DNA of 27,350 nucleotides from Candidatus Sumerlaeia bacterium (GTDB taxonomy: Bacteria > Sumerlaeota > Sumerlaeia > SLMS01). Position numbers and translations under genes: made by a program. The DNA lies in contig JBBQYG010000042.1 in the NCBI GenBank assembly GCA_038208905.1, positions 1 through 27,350 of the forward strand, in the 5' to 3' direction. The notes below the pieces were generated by a model. The model saw only the letters and a list, made by a program, of their open reading frames with translations. It made no database searches and was not told the origin of the DNA. Shown here in pieces: positions 1 through 7,684 of the stretch (positions within the stretch are counted from its first letter, which is position 1; every line of letters begins with the position of its first letter).

Positions 1-1
1 C

Positions 2-775
2 AACCTGGGCGCCAACGACTATGTGACCAAGCCGATCGACTTCCCGATCCTCTTCGCGCGCATGAGGACCCACATGGCCCTCAAGCGCCTCTCCCAGCAG
101 AAGGACGAGTTCCTCCAGATCGCCAGCCACGACCTCAAGAACCCCCTCTGCGTCGTGCTCAGCGCCGTCCGCATGGTGGAGGACCTCTGTCCCCCGGGCA
201 CAGTGATGTGCCAGGACTTCCATCGGCTCATGGCCGGCGCCGGCCGGCAGGCCCTCGCCATGAAGGGCATCATCGAAAACTATCTGGATATCCAGGCCGC
301 GGAGGATGGCCAGCTCTCCCTCGAGCGCAGTCCCACCGACCTCGCGGAGATGCTTCGCCAGGCGGTCGAATCCCAGCGGTCCTACGCACACTCCAAATCC
401 ATTGTGCTCGTCGCCGATGCCGAGCCCTGCACCACAGACGTCGACCCCCTGCGCCTGCGCCAAGTTCTCGACAATCTCCTCGGCAACGCGATCAAGTTCA
501 GCGACCCGGGCACCACCGCCGTGGCCCGCCTGCGCCGAAACGAGACGCTCGTCACCATCGATATCCAGGATGAAGGTCCCGGCTTCGGCCCCGACGACAT
601 CGCCAAGCTCTTCATCAAATACGGCAAGACGTCCAACAACCCCACCGGCGGAGAGAAGAGCTCCGGCCTCGGCCTCGCCATCTGCAGGCAACTCGTCCAC
701 CTGCACGGCGGGGATATCTCCGCGAAAAACAACGATGGCGCCGGGGCGACGTTTACTGTGAGGTTGCCGGTGTAG
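2..775 (+). CDS. Hybrid sensor histidine kinase/response regulator, 5'-truncated by the window edge (end of receiver domain + HisKA + HATPase_c)
   Basis: Frame is open from base 2 (NLGANDYVTKPID, a receiver C-terminal motif). It has the H-box ASHDLKNPL, N-box QVLDNLLGNAIKFS, G1 DEGPG and G2 SGLGLAIC, and a TAG stop at 773-775. Confidence 0.93.
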   Translation, partial: NLGANDYVTKPIDFPILFARMRTHMALKRLSQQKDEFLQIASHDLKNPLCVVLSAVRMVEDLCPPGTVMCQDFHRLMAGAGRQALAMKGIIENYLDIQAAEDGQLSLERSPTDLAEMLRQAVESQRSYAHSKSIVLVADAEPCTTDVDPLRLRQVLDNLLGNAIKFSDPGTTAVARLRRNETLVTIDIQDEGPGFGPDDIAKLFIKYGKTSNNPTGGEKSSGLGLAICRQLVHLHGGDISAKNNDGAGATFTVRLPV

Positions 776-820
776 GAACGACTCAAAGCGCATCCTCAGG
801 GCGATAGGGCGACTCTGGAC

Positions 821-1558
821 TCATTGAGGCAACACCGTCGAGCTTTGCCACACAATATAGTCGCCATACTGCGGGCTCCGCTTGATCTCGCCCCCTCGCT
901 TCTTTCCCTCATCGGTCAGCTTCCACGCCTCACCGTCGCGCGAAATCCAGCCCGCTGACTGGAGCTTGGCAAAGAGCTCTTTTGGCGGAAGTCCTCGATC
1001 CTTCGCAAGCTGCGTCGTCGAAACACACTTTCCCGGTGCTGACAGCCCCGCATCGCCTTGGGCGGGACTAGTCTCCTTTACCTTTGTCGCGGCAGGTTCC
1101 TCGGCGGGGTGAATCTTCTCCACGCTGATCTTGATCTCCTCACTAACTCGGACGAGACGCTGCGCTTCCTGATAGGTCTCCATGTAGAGAGGGCCATCCG
1201 AATCGCGCTGAATGAACACGCCCATCTCGTTGTTGTTAACCTGCGAGAACTCGTAGAGATTCATCGAGGTGATGATAGCCGCCGACTCGCTGAGGTAGCA
1301 CTTCGCGTGCAGGTTCTTGCAAAAGCTGATGCGCACGAAGTCGAGGGACTTCAGCCAGTTCATCTCGTCCGGCTGAAGTTCGTTCTTGCCGTAGATGATC
1401 CGAATGTCGATCTTCATCCGGTTCTTGTCCTCCAGCAATTCCCTAATGCGCTCGTTGATCCGGAGGAACGGGCTGATGAGGATCAGCCGCTCAGAAGCCG
1501 ACTTGATCAACTCTTCTAGGTGGTACGTGGTTGCAGACGTGTTGAGGAACTTGGGCAT
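821..1558 (-). CDS. Phospholipase D-superfamily (single HKD-like motif, nuclease-type) protein with C-terminal winged-helix/antirepressor KilAC-like domain
   Basis: ISPF, LHAKCYLSE (HxKxxxxE variant of HKD), ITSMNL and NNNEMG in the N-terminal ~145 aa. After an Ala/Pro linker comes STTQLAKDRGLPPKELFAKLQSAGWISRDGEAWKLTDEGKKRGG (HTH/wing pattern). GAGGT RBS-like sequence upstream. Confidence 0.8.
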   Translation of the reverse strand: MPKFLNTSATTYHLEELIKSASERLILISPFLRINERIRELLEDKNRMKIDIRIIYGKNELQPDEMNWLKSLDFVRISFCKNLHAKCYLSESAAIITSMNLYEFSQVNNNEMGVFIQRDSDGPLYMETYQEAQRLVRVSEEIKISVEKIHPAEEPAATKVKETSPAQGDAGLSAPGKCVSTTQLAKDRGLPPKELFAKLQSAGWISRDGEAWKLTDEGKKRGGEIKRSPQYGDYIVWQSSTVLPQ

Positions 1559-1574
1559 TGGCGCTGCGACCTCG

Positions 1575-1603
1575 CTGCTGGATTGAAATAGGCAATCCAG
1601 TAG
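1575..1603. repeat. Inverted repeat upstream of the PLD-family gene
   Basis: CTGGATTG-aaatagg-CAATCCAG (1578-1600), a perfect 8-bp stem extendable to 1575-1603 with one imperfect pair. Confidence 0.55.
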
Positions 1604-1650
1604 AGGGGTCAGAGGTCAAGGAAGTCCACCCCTACCCCTCGGAAAATGTT

Positions 1651-1896
1651 CTAAACCACCTCCAACCCATCTACATCCGGCAACGGCGCAAACGGCGCGT
1701 GGGGTTCGGACTGGTACCAGTAGGAGACGGAGCACAGAGCGTCCTGGAGGGCGAGGTAGCGGCCGCGTTTCTCGCGGCCCCCGCGCCAGCCGAGGGCCTG
1801 CATGGTGACCTTGAGCTCCCGGGTGAAGCGGATCGGGTCCATGACGTGCCACCGGTAGAGGCTGAAGCGGCGGCTCTGTTTCGTGTGGCCGTCTCC
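1651..1896 (-). pseudogene. C-terminal remnant of a glycoside hydrolase family 172 (DUF2961) gene
   Basis: Extending the 63-aa ORF upstream gives GDGHTKQSRRFSLYRWHVMDPIRFTRELKVTMQALGWR...RYLALQDALCSVSYWYQSEPHAPF. This matches the DUF2961 C-terminal signature as I recall it (YRWHxxDPIxF...xxSVAxWYQxEPH). An in-frame TAA lies at 1897-1899, and only ~80 bp separate it from the GH38 stop, so the N-terminal majority is absent. Confidence 0.8.
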
Positions 1897-1906
1897 TTAT
1901 AGGTGA

Positions 1907-1931
1907 CGCCCGCCGGGATGACCGGCGGGCG
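1907..1931. repeat. Perfect 10-bp GC hairpin
   Basis: CGCCCGCCGG-gatga-CCGGCGGGCG. Confidence 0.6.
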
Positions 1932-1949
1932 CGAAATGCTCCTGAACGG

Positions 1950-1969
1950 CGCCACTCGGTAGAGTGGCG
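1950..1969. repeat. 8-bp hairpin just downstream of the GH38 stop codon (no U-tract)
   Basis: CGCCACTC-ggta-GAGTGGCG. Confidence 0.5.
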
Positions 1970-1979
1970 TTCCCAGGAT

Positions 1980-4688
1980 TCAGACGCCTAGGCGGATTGT
2001 GCGGATTTGCTTGGGTTCGAGGTCGAAGCTGACAGTCCCGGCCTTGACCGCGAGCGCGCCTCCGGCCGCCTTGCTCTCGAAGTCCACGTACTCGGCCTTC
2101 TTGAAGCGATCCTTCCCCGTGGCGAACTTCAGCGAGGAGCTGATCTTCGCATCGCCGGGGTTGAAGACGCGGACCTCGAAGCCATCGTCGACGAAGCGGC
2201 TGCTGGTGAGGACGGCATGGCCCTCCAGGCCGAAGAAGCCGCCGGTCGAGGGGAGCCCGCCGGAGACGTAGTGCAGCTCCTGGTCCTCGCGCCGCATCTG
2301 GGCCATGCGCAGGCCCGTCGCGAGGCGCATCGCGTCCAGGAAGAGTTCCGTGCGGTCCGGCGCGTTGGAGAGTGGCTTGACCAAATAGCGGAACGTCATC
2401 TTGCCGCGAAGCTGTCCCTCCGGCTCGCCATCGGTGTTCACCGTGCGGCGGGTCGCCCGGAACAGCGTGAGGGCGATGGGCTGGTTCTCCAGATCGCGAA
2501 CGCCCGTTTCCATCAGGCCCGTGGCGATCACGGCCATGCCGCGCTTGCCGTCGAATACCGCGCACCAGCTCTGCTGGGGCCTGGTCTCAACCTCCAGCTC
2601 GAAGTGCGCGTGGTTGTCCTCGCGCAGGGCGATGTTCCGCTCCACCACGTCGAACGGTGTGTCGGTGAAGAACGTCGTGGCGTTGGCGCCGCTGGGGAAC
2701 ATGACGCGAACGCGATGGTCGCCCGCGTTGTTGTCGATGGTTGTTTCGACTTCCAGGTGATCGGCACCCGCGCGGAGGCGAACGATCGAATCGAAGTGCA
2801 ACTCCACCCGGCGCTCGCTCCGCCGCATGGTGGCGAGGTCGAACTCCTCCGGCACGCGCATCGTCGTGCGGATGCGGAAGGCCGTGGTGTTGGGCCCGTT
2901 CTCGATCAGTGCGACATCGCTCTGCGCCGCGCTGGAAACCATGATCTGGTCGTTGATGGCGATGCCGTGGAACCATCCGTCTCCGATATCGGCGCGGTTC
3001 TCGAACGTCAGCAGGTCCGTATAGACATCGCCGGATTTCTTGTCGGTAACCGTCAGGGTGCCGTTGCTCTCGATGCGGACGGCGAGGCGCGAGTTCTCCA
3101 TGCCCCGCTCGCTGGTGGCGAGGCCCTTGTCCTGGGGATAGCGGATGGGCTCGTTGACGATGCCGGGGCGGATCGTCAGCGTTGTGTATCCGTTGGCGGG
3201 AATCTCCAGCGGCAGGCTGACCTTCACCTCCGTCACGCGATAGTTCTCGGGGAACTTGGTCACCCAGAGGCGCGCGCGGATGCGGCTGTTTGTCTGGCCA
3301 TTGCGCTGGAAGGGAAGCTCGGTCCCGGCCTCGTCGCAGATCGTGAACATGGGCTTCTGCTCGAAGCCAAAGAATTCGCCAAACGTCGGGTAGTCGCCGG
3401 GGATGTCCAGCACCAGATCCGTTGGCCCGCTGTGGGCGATTGGCATCGGGTTGAAGACCGTGACGCGGAGTTCCTTCTCTTCGATCTGCCCCTCGATATT
3501 GGCGGCGATCTTCTGGGTCGCGTCGAGCACCAGGCGCTCGGCGATCTGGCGGCATTGGCTGAAGCGGTACTTCATGTCCTCGTGAACCTGATCGATGCTG
3601 CACCCACAGATTGAATCGTGCGGATGGTTCTGGATCAGGTGCTTCCACGCCACGTCCAGATAACCCTTGGGATAGGCAAGGCCCAGCGCCACGTCGACAA
3701 AGCTGGTGAGCGGCTCGACCCAATGGCAGAGGGCGTTCTGCAGTTCCTGGTTGGCCTGCTTGATCCACACGCGGCTCGAGAGCACGCCATGGATCTGGTG
3801 CGAGCCCTTCCCCGGCGTGCGACCCGGCTCGCGCAACTCGCCGACGAGATGCGTCTCGATCGAGTCTCTCTCCGCCAGCATCGCGTCCACGTACTCGTCG
3901 AGGCTGGTATGCTCGTAGGAGTAGCGGTCGTCGGTCGTGCCTATGCGGGCGCCCATAATGTCATAGACGCGCTGGTCCCACTCCTGATGGTCGCCGCCGT
4001 CGAACATCAGCACCGGGCCCATGTCGGTCTCCGAGGCCTCGAAGTCCAGGTACTTGTCCAGCTTGGCGGTCTTGTCGTCCTTGTCGAACTTCACACCGAA
4101 CTTCTCCGCGTCGCGCACCTTGAATGCATAGTCGCAGTAGCCAATATTCGCGAACTTGTAGCACGTCACCGTGGTGCCGTCGGCTCCCGTCCATAACAGG
4201 TGGCGCTTGGTGTCCAGGTTTAGGCCGCGCCACATGAAGGCGTTCGTGATTCCAAAGCCCGCAAAGATTTGGGGCATCTGGCTGATGTGGCCAAAGAGGT
4301 CACAGACGAATCCGGCCTTCGATGGCTCCGCGCCGAAGTCGCGCGCGATCTGGCGGCCGAGGCGGATATTGCGTATGTGGGATTCTCCGGATATTAGGAA
4401 TTCGTCGGGGAGCACATACCACGGCCCCACCACCAGCTTGCGTTCGCGGACATAGCTGGTGACTTCTTCGCGGCGCTCCGGGCGGATCTCCAGATAGTCC
4501 TCCAGAATGATCGCCTGACCATCCATCTGGAATGGTCCTTTCATGCGCCCGTCTCGGATGCCATCGAGGATCCGGTCCATCAACTGGACCAAGCGGTGAC
4601 GGTAGTGCTGGAAGGACTGGTACCACTCGCGATCCCAGTGTGTACTTAGGACGTAGAAGACCTTGCGGGTTGTTGCCTGTGTGCTCAT
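1980..4688 (-). CDS. Glycoside hydrolase family 38 alpha-mannosidase (MngB-like), cytoplasmic
   Basis: STHWDREW (Zn ligands), FQMDGQ, VGPWYVLPDEFLISGESHIRN, CDLFGHISQMPQIF (nucleophile motif) and QNHPHDSICGCS; 902 aa; no signal peptide. Confidence 0.95.
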   Translation of the reverse strand: MSTQATTRKVFYVLSTHWDREWYQSFQHYRHRLVQLMDRILDGIRDGRMKGPFQMDGQAIILEDYLEIRPERREEVTSYVRERKLVVGPWYVLPDEFLISGESHIRNIRLGRQIARDFGAEPSKAGFVCDLFGHISQMPQIFAGFGITNAFMWRGLNLDTKRHLLWTGADGTTVTCYKFANIGYCDYAFKVRDAEKFGVKFDKDDKTAKLDKYLDFEASETDMGPVLMFDGGDHQEWDQRVYDIMGARIGTTDDRYSYEHTSLDEYVDAMLAERDSIETHLVGELREPGRTPGKGSHQIHGVLSSRVWIKQANQELQNALCHWVEPLTSFVDVALGLAYPKGYLDVAWKHLIQNHPHDSICGCSIDQVHEDMKYRFSQCRQIAERLVLDATQKIAANIEGQIEEKELRVTVFNPMPIAHSGPTDLVLDIPGDYPTFGEFFGFEQKPMFTICDEAGTELPFQRNGQTNSRIRARLWVTKFPENYRVTEVKVSLPLEIPANGYTTLTIRPGIVNEPIRYPQDKGLATSERGMENSRLAVRIESNGTLTVTDKKSGDVYTDLLTFENRADIGDGWFHGIAINDQIMVSSAAQSDVALIENGPNTTAFRIRTTMRVPEEFDLATMRRSERRVELHFDSIVRLRAGADHLEVETTIDNNAGDHRVRVMFPSGANATTFFTDTPFDVVERNIALREDNHAHFELEVETRPQQSWCAVFDGKRGMAVIATGLMETGVRDLENQPIALTLFRATRRTVNTDGEPEGQLRGKMTFRYLVKPLSNAPDRTELFLDAMRLATGLRMAQMRREDQELHYVSGGLPSTGGFFGLEGHAVLTSSRFVDDGFEVRVFNPGDAKISSSLKFATGKDRFKKAEYVDFESKAAGGALAVKAGTVSFDLEPKQIRTIRLGV

Positions 4689-4708
4689 CGAGGGTTCCTG
4701 CGCGGAAG

Positions 4709-4719
4709 TGGTCGGACCA
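4709..4719. promoter_or_regulatory. Putative GntR/FadR-subfamily operator
   Basis: Palindrome TGGTC-G-GACCA, 20 bp upstream of the GH38 start codon. It resembles the TGGT-N3-ACCA cores bound by PdhR/LldR/GlcC-type regulators. Confidence 0.45.
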
Positions 4720-4842
4720 AACGGGCGAAGTGATGGCGCGGGAGGGGGACGGGACTAGCGAAATTCCGGGCCATGGCCCCCTCGCGGGCTACAAGCCGAG
4801 GCCGGAGTCTAGGACGGCGATGCAGCGGGCCAAGGGATTTCC

Positions 4843-4856
4843 TGCAACCGCTTACA
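4843..4856. promoter_or_regulatory. Putative LacI-family operator (cre-like)
   Basis: TGCAACCGCTTACA (reverse complement TGTAAGCGGTTGCA), a near-palindrome with central CG, in the divergent intergenic region of two sugar-catabolic units. Confidence 0.55.
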
Positions 4857-4958
4857 TGGAGATTCCTGTGGCCCCGAACACGTATCGCCCGCATTCCCGG
4901 AGACCGATTGCGCACTGCGCCGCGAACCCCGACGCACTACCTTTCAAGGAACTCCACC

Positions 4959-5792
4959 ATGTCTGTGCAGCCCCGCCTCAATCGCCTCTTCGGCTCCGAC
5001 GGCAAGTGTTTCGATGTCGCCATCGATCACGGCTTCTTCAACGAGTACAGCTTCCTCTCCGGCATCGAGAACATGCAGACCGCGATCCAGACGGTGATCG
5101 ACGCCGATCCCGACGCGATCCAGCTGAGTCCGGGTCTGGCGCGGATCCTCCAGTCCCAGCCCGGCCATAAGCCCGCGCTGGTGATGCGGACGGACATCGC
5201 CAATGTGTATGGCAAGGAACTACCGCGCAGTCTCTTTAGCGAGTTGATTCAGGAGCCCGTCGAACTCGCCGTCCAGCTCGACGCAGCCTGCGTCGTCGCC
5301 AATGTTTTCCTCATCCCCGGCCAGCCCGAGGTCCACCACCAGTGCCTCCAGAACGTCGCGGCCCTCAAGCCCATCTGCCAGGCCTACGGAATGCCTCTCA
5401 TGGTAGAGCCGCTCGTGATGCAGTCCAACGAAAAGGCCGGGGGCTATATGGTCGATGGCGATCTCAAGAAAATCCTCCCCCTCGTCCGCCAGGCCGTGGA
5501 ACTCGGCGCCGACATCATCAAGGCCGACCCCTGCGACGACCCAACGGAGTATCACAAAGTCATCGAGGTCGCCTCCGGCATCCCCGTCCTTGTGCGCGGC
5601 GGCGGCCGCGTGGAGGACAAGGTGATCTTCGAGCGCACTGCCGAACTGATGAAGCAGGGTGCCTCCGGAATCGTCTATGGCCGCAACGTGATCCAACACC
5701 CCAAGCCCCGCCAGATGACCCGCGCGCTTATGGCAATCGTCCATGATGGTGCGGGCGTGGCGGATGCGTTGAAGATCATGAAGGGGAAGTAG
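4959..5792 (+). CDS. Class I aldolase, DhnA/LsrF (archaeal-type fructose-bisphosphate aldolase) family
   Basis: Start reassigned to ATG 4959 (MSVQPRL) behind an AAGGA RBS. Motifs DVAIDHG, ELGADIIKAD (Schiff-base Lys), VRGGG and GIVYGRN. Confidence 0.9.
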   Translation: MSVQPRLNRLFGSDGKCFDVAIDHGFFNEYSFLSGIENMQTAIQTVIDADPDAIQLSPGLARILQSQPGHKPALVMRTDIANVYGKELPRSLFSELIQEPVELAVQLDAACVVANVFLIPGQPEVHHQCLQNVAALKPICQAYGMPLMVEPLVMQSNEKAGGYMVDGDLKKILPLVRQAVELGADIIKADPCDDPTEYHKVIEVASGIPVLVRGGGRVEDKVIFERTAELMKQGASGIVYGRNVIQHPKPRQMTRALMAIVHDGAGVADALKIMKGK

Positions 5793-5810
5793 CGGGGGCG
5801 CGGCCTTCGC

Positions 5811-5838
5811 TTGCAATCTGGGCGCTGGCGGGCACTAT
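5811..5838 (+). promoter_or_regulatory. Possible sigma70-type promoter of the toxin-antitoxin pair
   Basis: TTGCAA-N16-CACTAT upstream of the AGGAGG RBS (5861-5866); the -10 match is weak. Confidence 0.25.
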
Positions 5839-5875
5839 GCCTTAACAACACCGGCGCCAGAGGAGGACGGCAACA

Positions 5876-6115
5876 ATGGTTTTGAGAGCAATTTATGAGA
5901 ACGGCGTGTTTCGGCCGCTGGAGCCACTTTCGGTGGCAGAGCACTCCGGCGTGACCCTGATTGTCCACGAGGATGCGGTGGCCAATTCGAAGTTGCCTAA
6001 GGGTGCTACTTGGGACGAACTTCGCAAGTTGGCCACCGGAATCTCCCTCGAAGATCTAGAATTCATGGAGGCCGAGATCGAGAGGTCGTGTGGGCAAGTC
6101 GAGCCCGATGAGTAA
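5876..6115 (+). CDS. Antitoxin, DUF104/AF2212-like family
   Basis: N-terminal LRAIYENGVFRPLEPL signature, acidic C-terminus and AGGAGG RBS; overlaps the downstream PIN gene by 8 nt. Confidence 0.88.
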   Translation: MVLRAIYENGVFRPLEPLSVAEHSGVTLIVHEDAVANSKLPKGATWDELRKLATGISLEDLEFMEAEIERSCGQVEPDE

Positions 6116-6503
6116 AGATCGCAAGCTCGCCCTCGATACGAATGCGGTGACCGCCCTATTTGCCCAAGACCCATCCCTAGTGGAACTGAGTCGCGCATCG
6201 GACGTGCTCTATCTGCCTTTTGCTGTCGTCGCGGAGCATTACTTCGGCGCAGTCAAGTCCCGTGCGCAACGCACAAATATCGCCCGAATTAGTCAGTTCG
6301 CGCAGGACCACACAATTGCCTATCCCGATGCCGCGACTCTGGAAATCTATGGCGAGCTGCGGCACCAGCTTGAGCAGCAAGGACGTCCCATCCCCGTCAA
6401 TGACCTGTGGACATCTTGTTGCTGTCTACAGCTAGGCCTTACCCTCGTATCCCGCGACGCTCACTTCGCCAATATTCCCCGGCTGCATACCATTACATGG
6501 TGA
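6108..6503 (+). CDS. vapC: Type II toxin, VapC-family PIN-domain ribonuclease
   Basis: Start ATG 6108 (MSKDRKLALDTNAV). PIN acidic residues are present in LDTN, VAE, IPVNDLW and SRDAHF; 131 aa. Confidence 0.92.
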   Translation: MSKDRKLALDTNAVTALFAQDPSLVELSRASDVLYLPFAVVAEHYFGAVKSRAQRTNIARISQFAQDHTIAYPDAATLEIYGELRHQLEQQGRPIPVNDLWTSCCCLQLGLTLVSRDAHFANIPRLHTITW

Positions 6504-6527
6504 CCGGTCACTAGGAACCTCCTTCCC

Positions 6528-7682
6528 ATGCCAAAGCGCCTCATCAAATTCGGAGTCATCGGCTGCGGCCTCATGGGGCGCGAGTTCGCCAGCGCCGCGG
6601 GGCGCTGGTGCCACTTGCTGGACCTCGATTTCCAGCCAGTCATCACCGCCGCGTGCGACCTCAATGAGAAGCTCACCGGCTGGTTCAAGGATAACGTTTC
6701 GACGGTCTCCACCGTCACGACGGACTATAAGAAGCTCCTCGACGATCCGGAGATCGACGCGATATATTGCGCCGTCCCGCACAACATTCACGAGAAGCTG
6801 TATATCGACATCATCCACGCGGGAAAGCACCTGCTGGGAGAGAAGCCCTTCGGCATCGACAGGGCCGCCAACGCGGCGATCATGGAGGCCGTGGCGGCGC
6901 GTCCCGACGTGCTGGTTCGGTGCTCCTCGGAGTTCCCGTTCTTCCCAGGGCCCTTCAAGCTGATGAAGTGGATCCGCGAGGGCGCCTTTGGCCAGATCAT
7001 CGAGGTCGAGGCGGGCTTTTGGCACAGCAGCGATCTCAATCCCCAGAAGGCGATCAACTGGAAGCGCATGATCGCCACCAACGGCGAGTACGGCTGCATG
7101 GGGGATCTTGGGATGCACGTGCTGCATGTGCCGCTGCGCGCGGGGTGGATGCCGCGCAACGTAAGGGCGCAACTTGTCAATATCGTGAAGGAGCGCCCCG
7201 ATGGCCAGGGCGGCACGGTGCCCTGCGAGACGTGGGACAACGCGATCCTGAGCTGCGACGTGAAGACAGCGGACCAGGAATTCCCCATGACCATCAGCAC
7301 GAAGCGCATCGCCCCCGGCCACGGCAACACCTGGTTCATCCGCGTATGGGGAACCAAGAAGTCCGCCGAGTTCTCCACCAAGAATCCCAAGGAAATTCGC
7401 TGGATGGACTACGCCCCCGGCGGAGAGCAGGCGTGGCATACGATGGACGTCGAGCACGCCAGCGCCTATCCCACGATCACCGGGCATATCTTCGAGTTCG
7501 GCTTCCCCGACTCGATGCTCCAGATGTGGGCGGCGTTCTGCGACGAGGTCGCGAATCGCGACGCGATGCGTCAGCCGGTGAAGTGCGCCACCCCCGAAGA
7601 GGCACGGATGACGCACGAGGTCTTCACCGCGGCCCTCGAATCGCAGAAGAGTGGACAAACGATCAGGCTGGGAGCAGGTTGA
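6528..7682 (+). CDS. Gfo/Idh/MocA family NAD(P)-dependent oxidoreductase
   Basis: Rossmann GVIGCGLMG, HLLGEKP and GCMGDLGMH motifs. Confidence 0.93.
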   Translation: MPKRLIKFGVIGCGLMGREFASAAGRWCHLLDLDFQPVITAACDLNEKLTGWFKDNVSTVSTVTTDYKKLLDDPEIDAIYCAVPHNIHEKLYIDIIHAGKHLLGEKPFGIDRAANAAIMEAVAARPDVLVRCSSEFPFFPGPFKLMKWIREGAFGQIIEVEAGFWHSSDLNPQKAINWKRMIATNGEYGCMGDLGMHVLHVPLRAGWMPRNVRAQLVNIVKERPDGQGGTVPCETWDNAILSCDVKTADQEFPMTISTKRIAPGHGNTWFIRVWGTKKSAEFSTKNPKEIRWMDYAPGGEQAWHTMDVEHASAYPTITGHIFEFGFPDSMLQMWAAFCDEVANRDAMRQPVKCATPEEARMTHEVFTAALESQKSGQTIRLGAG

Positions 7683-7684
7683 GC

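Noticed and set aside
2007..3614. 535-aa plus-strand ORF
   Set aside because: Antisense shadow of the GH38 gene; long stop-free antisense frames are expected in GC-rich coding DNA, and it has no recognisable motifs.
4773..4958. 62-aa N-terminal extension of the aldolase ORF
   Set aside because: Family similarity and the RBS begin at ATG 4959; the extension covers the promoter/operator region.
6767..7684. Apparent 692-aa fusion ORF ending in the PfkB kinase
   Set aside because: The first 306 codons are an Arg/Gly-rich off-frame overlap of the oxidoreductase gene; the kinase starts at 7685.
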